The translations under genes were made by a program, and so were the position numbers. DNA of 63,248 nucleotides, the filler included, from Octopus bimaculoides (taxonomy: Eukaryota), in assembly GCF_001194135.2 (NCBI RefSeq). It is 5 parts of 5 records of this genome, joined end to end, with 100 filler letters (N's around TTAATTAATTAA, not from the genome) between each part and the next. Parts side by side here need not be neighbours in the genome. Positions count along the whole stretch, not along the records: positions 1 to 24,673 come from NC_068992.1; positions 24,774 to 42,183 come from NC_068991.1; 3 more parts are not named here. One strand, 5' to 3'. The notes beneath the pieces were generated by a model. The model ran no database searches. It had not been told where the DNA came from and saw only the letters and a program-made list of their open reading frames with translations. Positions 22,140 to 33,455 of the stretch are shown here, piece after piece (the stretch's first letter is position 1; each line of letters starts with the position of its first letter).

Positions 22140-23950
22140 TTCGCACATAAGTCCTAGTTACTCCAGAAATTCATTCTTGCTAAGAGTGTATTTCATACCG
22201 TTTGTCATGCAGTCTCTTGAAATGAGATGGTCCAAGAGAATAATCACAAATTCTTATATTTTCAATAAAAATAACAAAAGCCATTCTGAATCGAGAACTA
22301 AATGTACAAAGTTGTCTATCACCATGACTTCACAGTTGTAGCATCACTTCTTTATAGTCAAGCAGTCTATATACGTTGTTTAGGTCATAGAATCCAGTAG
22401 CTATCACAGAAAGCTCCAGTAGCGGAGTATAACGCACAGTATATAAACCGTTCAAGGGAAGCGCTCGAATTCACTTTACTCTCAAGATATGTAAATGACT
22501 TCACCTAATTTAGGTTTTTCCAATCAACCTGTGTAGGATTGTCAGGAAAATTGGCACCTCTGCTTGACACCCCGAATTTGTTTAAGAGTAGGGCATGGTT
22601 GGTGGATTACTTCAATCTTCTTTATACTGATGGTCAAAGTAAAAACTTTACATGCAGCAGACGACAGGTCTAGGCGTTCCTGAGCTTCTTCTAAACAGGC
22701 TGCTAGTAGTGCAGCATCATCTGCAAAAAGTAGATCACGAATGATACTGGTGCGTAACAGTGTTCTGGCTTTGAAATGCTGATGATTAAATAATCCATCA
22801 CTTGTTCGAAACTGGAATTTTTACATATGTGTCATGTCACCAAAAGTATACTACAGCATCAATGAAAAGAAGAGTGCAAACAAAATGAGGGCAATAACAC
22901 AACCTTCCTTTTTGCCGTTCGTAATATTGAAGGAAACCGAAGATTCCCCACCGGAAACGACAGCAGCCTTCATTCCCTCATGAAAGGAGATGATAGCATT
23001 CAACGTCTTGTCAGATTATCAAGCTTTTTCAGAACCTTTCAAAGTGCTTGCCGGTTAACAATGTTGCGGGCTTTAGTAAGATAAATGAATACCATGAACA
23101 ACTGTTGATTCTTCTCATGTACCTTCTCCATGTCCTGACGAAGGGAAAAGATCATGTCAATTGTGCCGCTACCAGAGCGAAATCTGCACTCTGATTCTGG
23201 ATAGATATAATTTAGAACGCGCTTGATGATCCTGTCAAGAATGAATCGAGCAAGAATCTGATAGCAATAGAGAGAAGCGATAACCCATGATCCTATCAAG
23301 AATGAATCGAGCAAGAATCTGATAGCAATAGAGAGAAGCGATAACCCACGATGATTACCACAGATAATTTTGTTTCCTTTGTTTTTATATAGATGTGGAA
23401 CTGAAGCATCCTTGAAGTCCTGTGGTACACGGTCTACCATCCAACTATTTATGAAGATGTCATGCAATTTCTTGAAAAGCATCTGTCCACCATGCTTGTA
23501 GAATTCAGGAGAGACAGCATCCCTGCCAGGTGCTTTACGAGAAGAGATCTTTTTAACAGAGTTTCACTTTCAGGAAGGTTAGCTCCACAGTTTATTCTGG
23601 TATTTCAGCTTGCTTTGGAATAAACATTATGACATTATCATGAGTGACTGAGGTGGAGTTCAACACGGCTTCGAAGTGACATTCCCATAGTTTCAAGACG
23701 TTAGATTTCTCAGTTAACTGTGTTTCTGAATTTGATGAAAAATAGGAGTAACACCGCACTCTTGAGGACCATAGACTTTCTTAAGGCCGCCATAAAAAAT
23801 TTTAGAATCCTTTCCGTCTGGAGCTTCTTGGAGTTCGGTAGTCTTGGAAGACCACCGAGCCTCCGGGTTTTATTTTTCCTCCCGCAGGGTGTTCAACAGT
23901 CACACTTCTCGCCAAGCAAGCTCGGTGAGGTTGCCGATGACCCGACTATG
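22140..23950 (-). mobile_element. RTE/BovB-like LINE relic (linker, RT, C-terminal region)
   Basis: ELQEAPDGKDSKIFYGGLKKVYGP, PQDFKDASVPHLYKNKG, NHRGLSLLSIA, ESECRFRSGSGTIDMIFSLRQ and LLFADDAA (~22710-22735). Confidence 0.9.
23227..23348. repeat. 61-bp tandem duplication inside the RTE relic
   Basis: tgatcct(g/a)tcaagaatgaatcgagcaagaatctgatagcaatagagagaagcgataaccca begins at 23227 and at 23288. Confidence 0.93.
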
Positions 23951-24094
23951 CAACAGGTTGTACTGGGTTACATATTACCTGCAGCGCTCAAGAGCGACCT
24001 GACATGTATCATTATGATATATGTTATATAATTATTATACTTCCATAGTAGCTTTCTCTCCGTAACTTGCAAAGCCTTTTGAGTAAGTTTATAT

Positions 24095-24480
24095 AGGCGC
24101 AGGAGTGGCTGTGTGATAAGTAGCTTGCTTACCAACCACATGGTTCCGGGTTCAGTCCCACCAGGCAAGTGGCTTCTACTATACCTTCGGGCCGACCAAA
24201 GCCTTGTGAGTAGATTTGGTAGACGAAACTTAAAGAAGTCCGTCATATATATTCATATGTATATATGTGTTTGTCTGTCTGTGTTTGTCCCCAAACATCG
24301 CTTGACAACCGATGCTGGTGTGTTTACGTCCCCGTAAACTAGCGGTTCGGCAAAGGATCCGATAGAATAATTACTAGGCTTACAAATTATAAGTCCTGGG
24401 GTCAATTTACTCGACTAAATGAGGTGTTCTAACATGGCAGCAGTCAAATGGCTGAAACAAGTAAACGAGAAAATAGAAAT
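24095..24480 (+). mobile_element. SINE family A, full length
   Basis: aggcgcaggagtggctgtgtg...ggttcagtccc head through ggctgaaacaagtaaac tail. Confidence 0.9.
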
Positions 24481-24717
24481 AGAGAGTATTAATTCAGTTT
24501 AAGTATATATCAACTAAATTTGACTGAAATTGATGGGTGAGAATAAATATCATTATGATACATATTATACACTTATTATACTAAGTCTTCTATACTAGCT
24601 TACTCTCCGTAACTTGCAAAACTTTTCGGGTTTGTTTATAAAAATATTATATATATATATATTATTTATATATNNNNNNNNNNNNNNNNNNNNNNNNNNN
24701 NNNNNNNNNNNNNNNNN

Positions 24718-24729
24718 TTAATTAATTAA
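24718..24729. other. Assembly gap marker TTAATTAATTAA (also at 42228-42239, 50393-50404, 59432-59443)
   Basis: The identical 12-mer has stops in all six frames and sits between two N runs (44 N on each side at 24674-24773, a 100-nt spacer). Confidence 0.9.
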
Positions 24730-24773
24730 NNNNNNNNNNNNNNNNNNNNNNNNNNNNNNNNNNNNNNNNNNNN

Positions 24774-24844
<71 letters not shown>

Positions 24845-24999
24845 TGAGTGTACGCATATATATACATACATGTTCACATATATGATATGTACATACATAC
24901 ACTTACATATATGCATATATCACATGTATCCACATAGACACGGGCATTACAGAATGTTGTAAAAGGGGAAGCGAATACATGTAGTTATGTGTACAATTC

Positions 25000-25252
25000 A
25001 AATAACTGATAACCTCATCATGTCCACTTTCTTCATTGCCCGCAACCTGCGTTTTTCTCACTTCAGTTCATCACAGTTGTTCACTTTTTCCTACTTTCTC
25101 TTCAATGTCAGCTATCAGGCATGTTTTTTTTTCTACAACAATGTCAGGTTTCCGATGTTTAATCTAATAGTTACACTGCAACCCTCAGGATTTTGCAATT
25201 CTCATTCTCAGTAACTCCTTCTGAGATTTGGTTATACCACTTCTTTGATCTT
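25000..25252 (-). mobile_element. Dong/R4-type RLE retrotransposon fragment D1 (restriction-like endonuclease region)
   Basis: Frame-broken EGVTENENCKIL, IKHRKPDIVV, TCLIADI and ELK*EKRRLRAMKKV. Confidence 0.7.
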
Positions 25253-25281
25253 TATCATCACCATCATCATCATCATCATCA

Positions 25282-25343
<62 letters not shown>
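25253..25343. repeat. (ATC)n(ATT)n tract between D1 and D2
   Basis: Directly visible. Confidence 0.95.
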
Positions 25344-26737
25344 GCCTTTGCACAGCTTCTAACGCTGGAGATGTACTACATTGTCAGCTGTTCACTTATT
25401 TTTCGAGCACCTTCTGGAGTATTCAAGCAGTTCCAAGCAGTGCTGTTTTCTGCAAATGCTCCACCCTCATTGCAGCCCCTATTTGTTCCACGTACTTCTC
25501 GAGAGTTTTACTCACTGTTCTCGGGGCTCCGACAATTATTGGTACTACTGCTACCTTTTTCATCGACCACAAGTGCTTAACCTCCCAAGCTAACCTGTCA
25601 TATCTCTCAACTTTTCTTTCTTCCTTATCGCATGCCTTGTTGTCAGCTGGGCATGTTATATCTATGATCCAGCTTAGTTTGTTTTCATTCTCAATTAAGA
25701 CTATGTCCGGCTCCCTATTCTCTATCTCATGGTCGCACTAAATCATAAAATCCCATAGGATCTTTGCATTTCTATTTTCGATGATACCTTCAGGTTTGTG
25801 GCCGTACCAATTTTTTCCTCTGTCAAGACCATACCTGTTGCAGAGTGTCCAATGGACAAGCCTGGCTATATTGTCGTGGCGTCTCTTATATTCCTTCTGG
25901 GCTAGTGGCGTACATTCGCTGATAATATGCCATACGGTTTCATCATTTTGTCCACAGATTCTTTGTCTATTCTGTATTTTATGTAATTTGTTCTTATTGC
26001 TTGCTCTTGGGCAGCACAGATTAGAGCCTCCTTTTCCGGTTTTAAATCACTTTTAGTTATCCACAGTCATCTTTTTTCTCTGTCTGTCTTATCTTCAACA
26101 TCTCTATGAAATTGATCATGCATTCTTTTCTTTACCCACCTATTTTCAGTTTCATTCGTTTTCAATTTCTTGTATAGTGCTTTATCTTTGCAATCTTTCA
26201 TCCTACACAAGCCTGACCTTCCTACTTCGAATAATAGCGGTTCTGTGGCATTTTTTACATACCATGCTATGTTGTTTTCTTCTGTTCTAATGCTGTGTTC
26301 GCATCCAATAAGTCCTCTTTCCCCTCCTTTTCTTCGTACATACAATCTGTCTGTGTCACTTTTTGAGTGGAGTGACCCATATCTAGTTAGCAACTTCCTT
26401 GTCTTTCTGTCTAAGCTGTTCAATTCGTCTACTGTCCATGCGATTACTCCTGCTCCATATCTAAGAAGTGAAACCGCCCAGGTGTTGATAGCTTCGATCT
26501 TATTCCGTCCGTTTAATTTCGACTTAGGATCAGTCTCAATCTGCGCAAGTACTCCGCCTTAAATTTTTCTNNNNNNNNNNTGATAGCTTCGATCTTATTC
26601 CGTCCGTTTAATTTCGACTTAGGATCAGTCTCAATCTGCGCAAGTACTCCGCCTTAAATTTTTCTGTCATTTCTTTCTCCATCAATTTATCCAATTCCAA
26701 AAGCTCCAAGTACTTATAGCCCGTCTCTTCTATCTGC
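25344..26737 (-). mobile_element. Dong/R4-type RLE retrotransposon D2, 5'-truncated with intact 3' end
   Basis: YKYL (RT domain 7), INTWAVSLLRYG, LDRKTRKLLT...DRLYVRRKGGERGL, CCHC knuckle CRICGQNDETVWHIISEC, REPDIV...IIDITCP and KTALLGTA. Bounded by (AAT)n on both sides. Confidence 0.92.
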
Positions 26738-26812
26738 TTATTATTATTATTATTATTATTATTATTGTTGTTGTTGTTGTTGTTGTTGTTGTTCTTGTTG
26801 TTGTTGTTGTTA
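26738..26812. repeat. (ATT)n(GTT)n tract between D2 and D3
   Basis: Directly visible. Confidence 0.95.
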
Positions 26813-28310
26813 TTCAGTAGTTTTATTTTTATAACGTGCCTTCACTTCACTACCGAGCGCAGCTCTGTGTGCCTTGGGTATGTGCTGTGGTTTGCTGTGT
26901 TGCTCTTATTGTTACTGTATTGAAAGTGTTTTGCGTAGGATGTTTTGAAATTTCAATAGGATTGAGCCCAACGCTCTGATCACCACTGGCATCACTTTTA
27001 CATTACCCTCTCGCATTCCATACAGTCTTGCCATTTCCACTTTCAGTTCGGAGTACTTGGTGATTTTTTCAGCCGCTTTACTCACAACATTCATGTCATT
27101 TGGTATGGCTACAACAATGATCTGACAATATTTGTCTCTCTTATTCAATATGACAATATTCGGCCGACGGTTTTCGATTACACGATCCGTCTAAAAATTT
27201 TAGTTCCAGAGTATCGTTACTTTTCCATCCTCCTTCATAACTTTACTTGGTACATGCTCATGCCAGTTCTCTGTTACTTCATATTGATATTTACTGCATA
27301 AGAGCCAGTGAAGATACACACTTTAACTTGGTGGTGCTTGTATTCTTTTTGTGCAAGGCTCTCACTTCCACTTACCAAGTAGGTCACATTTTTCCACACT
27401 CTTTCCACAGAGTCTGCATTTCTGGGTGTCAGAAGTATTATACATGTTATACTTCACTGAATTGGTAGCGAGAGCCTGGTCTTGTGCAGCATTGATCAGG
27501 CTTTCGGTGGCACGCTTCAAGTCACCTCGCTCAAGACATGCCAACGATGCTGTATTATCCTTAACGTTTTGTGTATTCCTTTCAAACTGTCCATGCATTC
27601 TCATTTCAAGAAGGTCTTCTTTTCTCTTCTCAGCTCTTTGGTTAAACTCTGCCTTGCCCATCATTTCATCTGCATTTACACCCATATCTTTCGCAGCATA
27701 TTGCAGCAGGTTTTCATCACTATTTATCAAAGCGTTCTCCTTTCACTCCTTATACAATGGTCTATACTAATTAGTCCTCTGCCACCATTCTTTCTTTTCA
27801 TATACAGTCTGTTTACGTTTGCTTTAGGGTGTAGCGCCCCATGCAACGTCATCAACTTTCTCGTCTTTCTATCCAGTGTTGATATTTCCTCCTTAGTCCA
27901 TTTAAGGAAGGACGCACTATATCTGACCACCGCAACTGCCCAGATATTCATTGTGGTAATCAAATTTTTGGCATTCAGGTTGTTTTTAAGCACCATCTTC
28001 ACCCTTTTTTGATACCCCTCGCTGACCTTGACTTTCATTTCTCTGCGTAGAATGTCATCAAACTCCAAAATCCCTAAATATCTATACTCACTACCGTCGG
28101 GTTCACCCATGGTCTCTCCTAATAGTAAGCGCAATCCTCTGCAGGCTGCTGTCTTCCCTCTTTTCATATTAAGTACTGAGCATTTGGTGATCCCAAATTC
28201 CATACTGATGTCGCCTATCACATTTCTAGGCTGTTTTGGTTAAGGAATCTATCTGTTTTTCAGATTTCCCAAACAGTTTCAGGTAATCCATAAACAGAAG
28301 ATGGTTCAAT
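26812..28310 (-). mobile_element. Dong/R4-type RLE retrotransposon D3, truncated at RT domain 5, with 3' UTR
   Basis: LNHLLFMD, MEFGITKCSVL, YRYLGILE, INAAQDQALAT, CRLCGKSVE and KITKYSELKVE; the 3' UTR ends aaaactactgaat(aac)n. Confidence 0.92.
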
Positions 28311-29664
28311 GGTTGTTTCTGTTTTTAGACTCCACATTCGGGTTATCTCTATTCCAGATCTTTATATTTTGGGGATTTCTCCGCTTCTTTTAGAGACACA
28401 TTGTCATCTATTGGGATTGATACATCGATTAGAGGGCATTTTTTCTTGGGAATCTCTGACAACTATATCTGGTCTATAAGCCTTGATTTCCTTATTTGTG
28501 TGTATTGGCATATCCCAGAGTATGATTGTTTCGTCATTTTCTGAGGCCTCTTCTAGGGGGTGTCTATACCATCTCGTTTCTGTTGTCATTCCATAGTGTT
28601 GGCATACCTTCCAGTGTATACAGGTCATGTCTGTGGATATACTCCATCTTAGCCAGGGCTGGGCAGCCAGAGACAATATGATTTATTGTTTCTTCCCTAT
28701 CACCACATATTCTGCAGTTACTTGTATTTTTCTTCATCATGTGTTTCTCTTGGTTTCTGGTGGGAAGGTTCTGATCTTGAACTGCAATTAAAAATCCTTG
28801 TCTCTGCTTTGAGTCCTGAGCTTCTCAGCCATTGTTGAATTTTACTTTGTCTATTTCTTTTCTGTTTAGTTTATCCCAGTATTTGCCATGTAGGGGCTTG
28901 TCTTACATCGTTTTATCATGATACTTTGTCGTTCCAGTTTTAGTTTGGATATCAGTTGTTTTACTGCTTTTGTTGTTTCTTCCTTTTCTTCATTGTTGTC
29001 AGGTACTATGATCTGTATTTTTCGGCTTCCTCAAAGACAGAAAACAGTTTTTTGTTTTGCTTGATTTGTGTCTATTTGTATCAGTTTTCCTTGCTTCTGA
29101 ATAAGATATTTCTGTTATTCTATGGTGGTTCTTTTAGTTTTCTAGCTGCATAACGCCTCTACCACCTTCAATACGTTGTATATATAACCTTTCTATGTCA
29201 GATTTTGGATGATGCATCCCAAATCTGTCATTATTTTTCTTGTTTCCCTGTGTAGTTTGGCTACTTCGTTTGGAGTCCAATTAAGAATATTGCAACTGTA
29301 ACTTATAACTGAAACGGCTAGAATGTTGATACCTATTATCTTTTTTTTTTCGCATTCAACTCTTTTTAAGGATTACTCTAACTCGTCTATGTTATTCCTT
29401 CCTTATCTTCTCTTTCATTTGTGTGTGTGGTATTGTATCTAGCTCATTGATTCCAAAGTATTTGTATGTCTGGCTTTGGTCTAATTGTCTTATTTCGTTT
29501 GCTTTATTTAGTGTGATATTGTTACTCTTAACTAATTTTCCTCTTTTCAAGGGTGCTTTGGCACATTTTTCTAAGCCAAATTTCATGTTCATTTCTTTGG
29601 TAAATCCATGCACAGGCATATTTTTCTATGTCGAATTTCATGTTTATTTCTTTGGTAAATCCAT
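28311..29664 (-). mobile_element. Dong/R4-type RLE retrotransposon D4, truncated at both ends
   Basis: MKFGLEKCAK, QTYKYFGI, CRICGDREETINHIVSG, ILWDMPIHTNKEIKAYRPDIVV and KYKDLE. The 5' side abuts (AAC)n at 29664-29700. Confidence 0.9.
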
Positions 29665-30494
29665 TGTTGTTGTTGTTGCTGTTGTTGTTGTTTTGTTGTT
29701 GCTATTTGTGTTTGAAAAAGAGGACGCTTGTTCGTGGCTCGTAAGTTTTCTTTAAAATTTGTTGTTTTATTATTTGGTATTCGAACTTTCGTTGAACTGT
29801 TTACTAAATGGTTCATTGCAATGAGTTACTTTGGCGAAATATTTCGCCATTTAAGAACACATTTTGAGGTTTAAAATTTAAAATTTAATATTTCAAAACA
29901 AACACAAAAATAACAATATGGCTTCAAAATAATAAGGCTTCAAAAATAATAAATGGCTTCTCCATTGATAATTTTCTGGAGTTGGCGTCATCTGCGAATA
30001 TTTCTTATTTTGCTGTGTTTTGATAACGCTTGAGGTGTTTATATAGATTATAAAGAGAAGCGCGCCTGGGGGACACCATTGCTGACTTTTGCATGTGTGT
30101 GTGTATGTGTGTGTGTGTGATTATGGTTAGAGAAACTTGCCCAAGGTACCATCACCTTTAAGATCGAACTGGGAAACACGAATCTGCAAATCGATCTTCT
30201 TTACTTCTACATACAGAACTACACACATATCTACAAACATATCTACACACTTATCCCAATGCTACCAACACAACTACCATTGTCATCGTTGCTTCCAATA
30301 TTTCTAAACATCGCTATACTCTCTCGGATACCCCAATCCTCAACAATACCACCCATCACTCCACCACCACGCCACACCACCCTATCCCACCATCCTATCG
30401 TCCATCCATCCATTTGGTTGGAATCTCACTCTTAAGTCCTGTGGAATGATAGACGTGTTAACACGGTTTTATCTATTTGTGTGTTAGCGAGTGT

Positions 30495-30670
30495 ATAGGA
30501 TTGAACTGTGTATATAAGTATGTATGTAAGTATATGTGTTGCATGTATATGCGTGTGTGTCTGTGTGTGTGTGTGTGTATATATGTATATGTGTGTGCGC
30601 GTGCGTACGCGTTTGTGTGTGTGTGTGTGTTGCATGTATTTATATATGTATGCGTTTGTGCGTGTATATA
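30495..30670. repeat. (TG)/(TA) microsatellite complex
   Basis: Directly visible. Confidence 0.9.
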
Positions 30671-31279
30671 TAGCGGAGGTTCTTTTTACTTGAGTGAAGA
30701 ATGCTGAAATTCTCTTGAGTTCAGCAAGTAGGGGTGGGGCGCTGCTGGTACTGGTGCTGTTAGAGATGGTAGTGGTGGTGGTGGTGGTGGTGGTGGTGGT
30801 GGTGGTTGTGGTGGTGGTTCTAAGGGATTTTATGATGGATGACATCCTCATCTGAGTAGGCCACCTAACATGGCTGTTACGTGTTAAACAGATTGTGAAA
30901 ACATAATACTCTGATCGATCCTAGTTACTTCCCGTTCAGACATTTTAAACTTTGTTTTTATATTTCCTTGCTTGTTTTTATTTCTTTATTTACAATTTTC
31001 TATCTGATATGTTTTGTTAGAAAACAAAAAACATATATACCAATATTGGAATATCATTTCATTCGAAACGATTCGCAGCCGTAAACTCTTCACATTCGCA
31101 GATAACGTGAGATGTCCCGAACCGATGAACCTGCAAGAAATAGCAATCAAATCTCACTCAAATCCTACCTCTTTTAGAAAAAAAGAACAGGACACATCAA
31201 AGAATTTTAGTTCTAGATACAGATTGCATAGGAAAAATAACGAGGAAAGTTGGAAAGTCTTTGGTCATAGTTAAATTGA

Positions 31280-31620
31280 TTATTTTAATTAACCAGGTGG
31301 ACTTCGTTGTTGACAATGAAATATACCCTGAGCATCGGGTGTATTTTGTATTGGGTACCAGGTCTGCTATATCAGTGAGGGTGAATTTCTAATCGAATGG
31401 TGTCCCGTTGGTAACTAAGATTTGTTTTATACGTAGGGTTTCCTTGTTCAATGATTGATCGATTGGTGAATATTCAGAATCTCATATTTCATATTTATGT
31501 GGACATTTACTGTTTGTAAGTAAAGGTAATTGTCCGCAATTTCAGCGCATAAAGAGGTACCGTATGTGTTATACCTTATTCTTGTTTTTATATCTATGAG
31601 GTGGTGTTGGGGTTTATATA
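31280..31620 (-). pseudogene. Possible degraded Penelope-like RT fragment
   Basis: GTSLCAEIADNYLY in ORF 31448-31660 weakly resembles the Penelope 'G.P.S..IA..YL' motif; this is the only motif. Confidence 0.25.
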
Positions 31621-31972
31621 TATTAAGATTATGAATGTAAGTAGGAAATTTTTTTTTCATAGAACATCATAAAATCACAAACTATTAATATAATGCATTG
31701 TTAGTATTAATACAAAACCTCAAACTAACAAACCACAAACTATTAATATAATCTATAAAATCTAATTATAGCTAGAAAGTTGTAAATTGCATGAATCAGA
31801 CTATTATACTAGTCGTTACATTGTTTACACAATTAACCATCAAAACACGCTACTTACACTATATGCCATCAGAATACGCTACTTATTACATTGACAACAC
31901 CACAGTTGTAGATAGAACTCTGCAGACACATGCGAAATTAACTTGCAAAACTACCGGACTTTAACGTTTATA

Positions 31973-33235
31973 CAGGGGTTGGACAAAATAATGGAAACAC
32001 CTCAAAATTTCTAACAATTTTATTTTAATATGGGATAGGACCGCCTTTGGCAGTAATTACAGCTTGAATTCTACGAGGTATGGATTCGTACAAAGTTTGA
32101 ATTGTTTCCAAAGGAATTTTTGTCCATTCTTCAGCTAAAACAATCTCCAGTTCTTGTAGTGATGATGGTGGAAGATATCGACTCTTTACTTGTTTTTCTA
32201 AAATGTACCATAAACGTTCAATAATATTGAGATCTGGGGACTGTAGTAGCCAGATAAGATGTTCAACTTCACTAGAATGTTTCTCGTGCCATTCAATAAT
32301 AACTTTAGCTGTGTGAATTGGTGCATTATCATCCTGAAAGATTGCACTTCCCTCCGGAAACAGTTCTGCAACCATAGGATGAATTTGATCAGATAAAATG
32401 TTGAAATAGTCTTGACTATTAATTCTGCCATGAATGGAAACAATTGGGTCGGCAGATTTTCAAGATATAGCCTGCCAGATCATCACAGATCCTCCTCTAT
32501 GTGTAACAGTTGGAAGAAGGCAGTCTGGGTCAAATACTTCTTTTGGCTGTCTCCTCACGTATACTCAGCCAGTGGTCAGAAATAAGGTAAAGTATGACTT
32601 GTCTGAGAAAATAACATTCTTCCACTGCTCTAGGGACCAATTCTGTAGGTTTTTACTCTACTCTAAACGCTTTGCAACGTTTATTTTTTAAAGTAGTGGT
32701 TTTCTGATTGCAGCCCTCCCGTGAAATCCGGCATTGTGCAGCTCCCGGCGAACAGTTTTTGTTGAAACTGGGTTCTCGAGGTGGTCATTAAACTCTGCAC
32801 TAATTTTGGGAGCTGTACATCTGTGATCCTTTCTAACAATTCGCGTAAGAGTCTAACGATCTCTATCTGAAAGTTTTGGTTTTCTTCCGTAGTTTTGTTT
32901 CGACGAGGAGGTTTCTCCCTCTTTCTGAAAGGCTGTCATTACTTTAGAGACAGTATTTCCTCATACATCAAACATTTCGGCTGTTTTCGTTACGCTAGCG
33001 CCTGTCATACGAGCACCAACAATTTGACCTCTTTGAAATTTCTATAGATCTGTCATTTTAATGAATTTTAATTACCCTTTTCTGATGATATCTGAAAAGA
33101 AACAATTTTAGCAAAACATATTAAGCAACACCAATAATAAATAAAAAAAATAAACAAGTTTTGGATAGTTGTATAGATATTTCAAAATTATGATGTTATG
33201 ATGCTAGGTGTTTCCATTATTTTGTCCAACCCCTG
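31973..33235 (-). mobile_element. Full-length (1263 bp) Tc1 DD34E transposon, transposase inactivated
   Basis: Perfect 30-bp TIRs CAGGGGTTGGACAAAATAATGGAAACACCT; TA TSD at 31971-31972 and 33236-33237. MTDL*KFQRGQIVGAR..., VIFSDK, FQDDNAPIH and SPDLNIIE, with several stops. Confidence 0.97.
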
Positions 33236-33455
33236 TAGAAAGTGAAAAAATCCCCGGCATTCTATGATTCTCAGTTGCAAAGCTCACTAAAACACACCAT
33301 TTCACACGCATTTCATTCTGAGGAAAGAGTTGCAGCTGTTTCAAGAAGTTGATTTAAGGGCTTTAATGTTCCAAACTGAGCATAAAGGACCTACCAGGAA
33401 ATAGGAAAAGTCTTAATAAAATAGTTCAAATTAAATGTAACTGCCTTCCAATATA

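Noticed and set aside
24718-24729. Recurrent palindromic TTAATTAATTAA
   Set aside because: It always sits inside N-runs of fixed length; this is an assembly spacer, not biology.
26486-26665. Exact 85-bp direct repeat inside D2
   Set aside because: The copies flank a 10-N gap, so this is an unmerged contig overlap.
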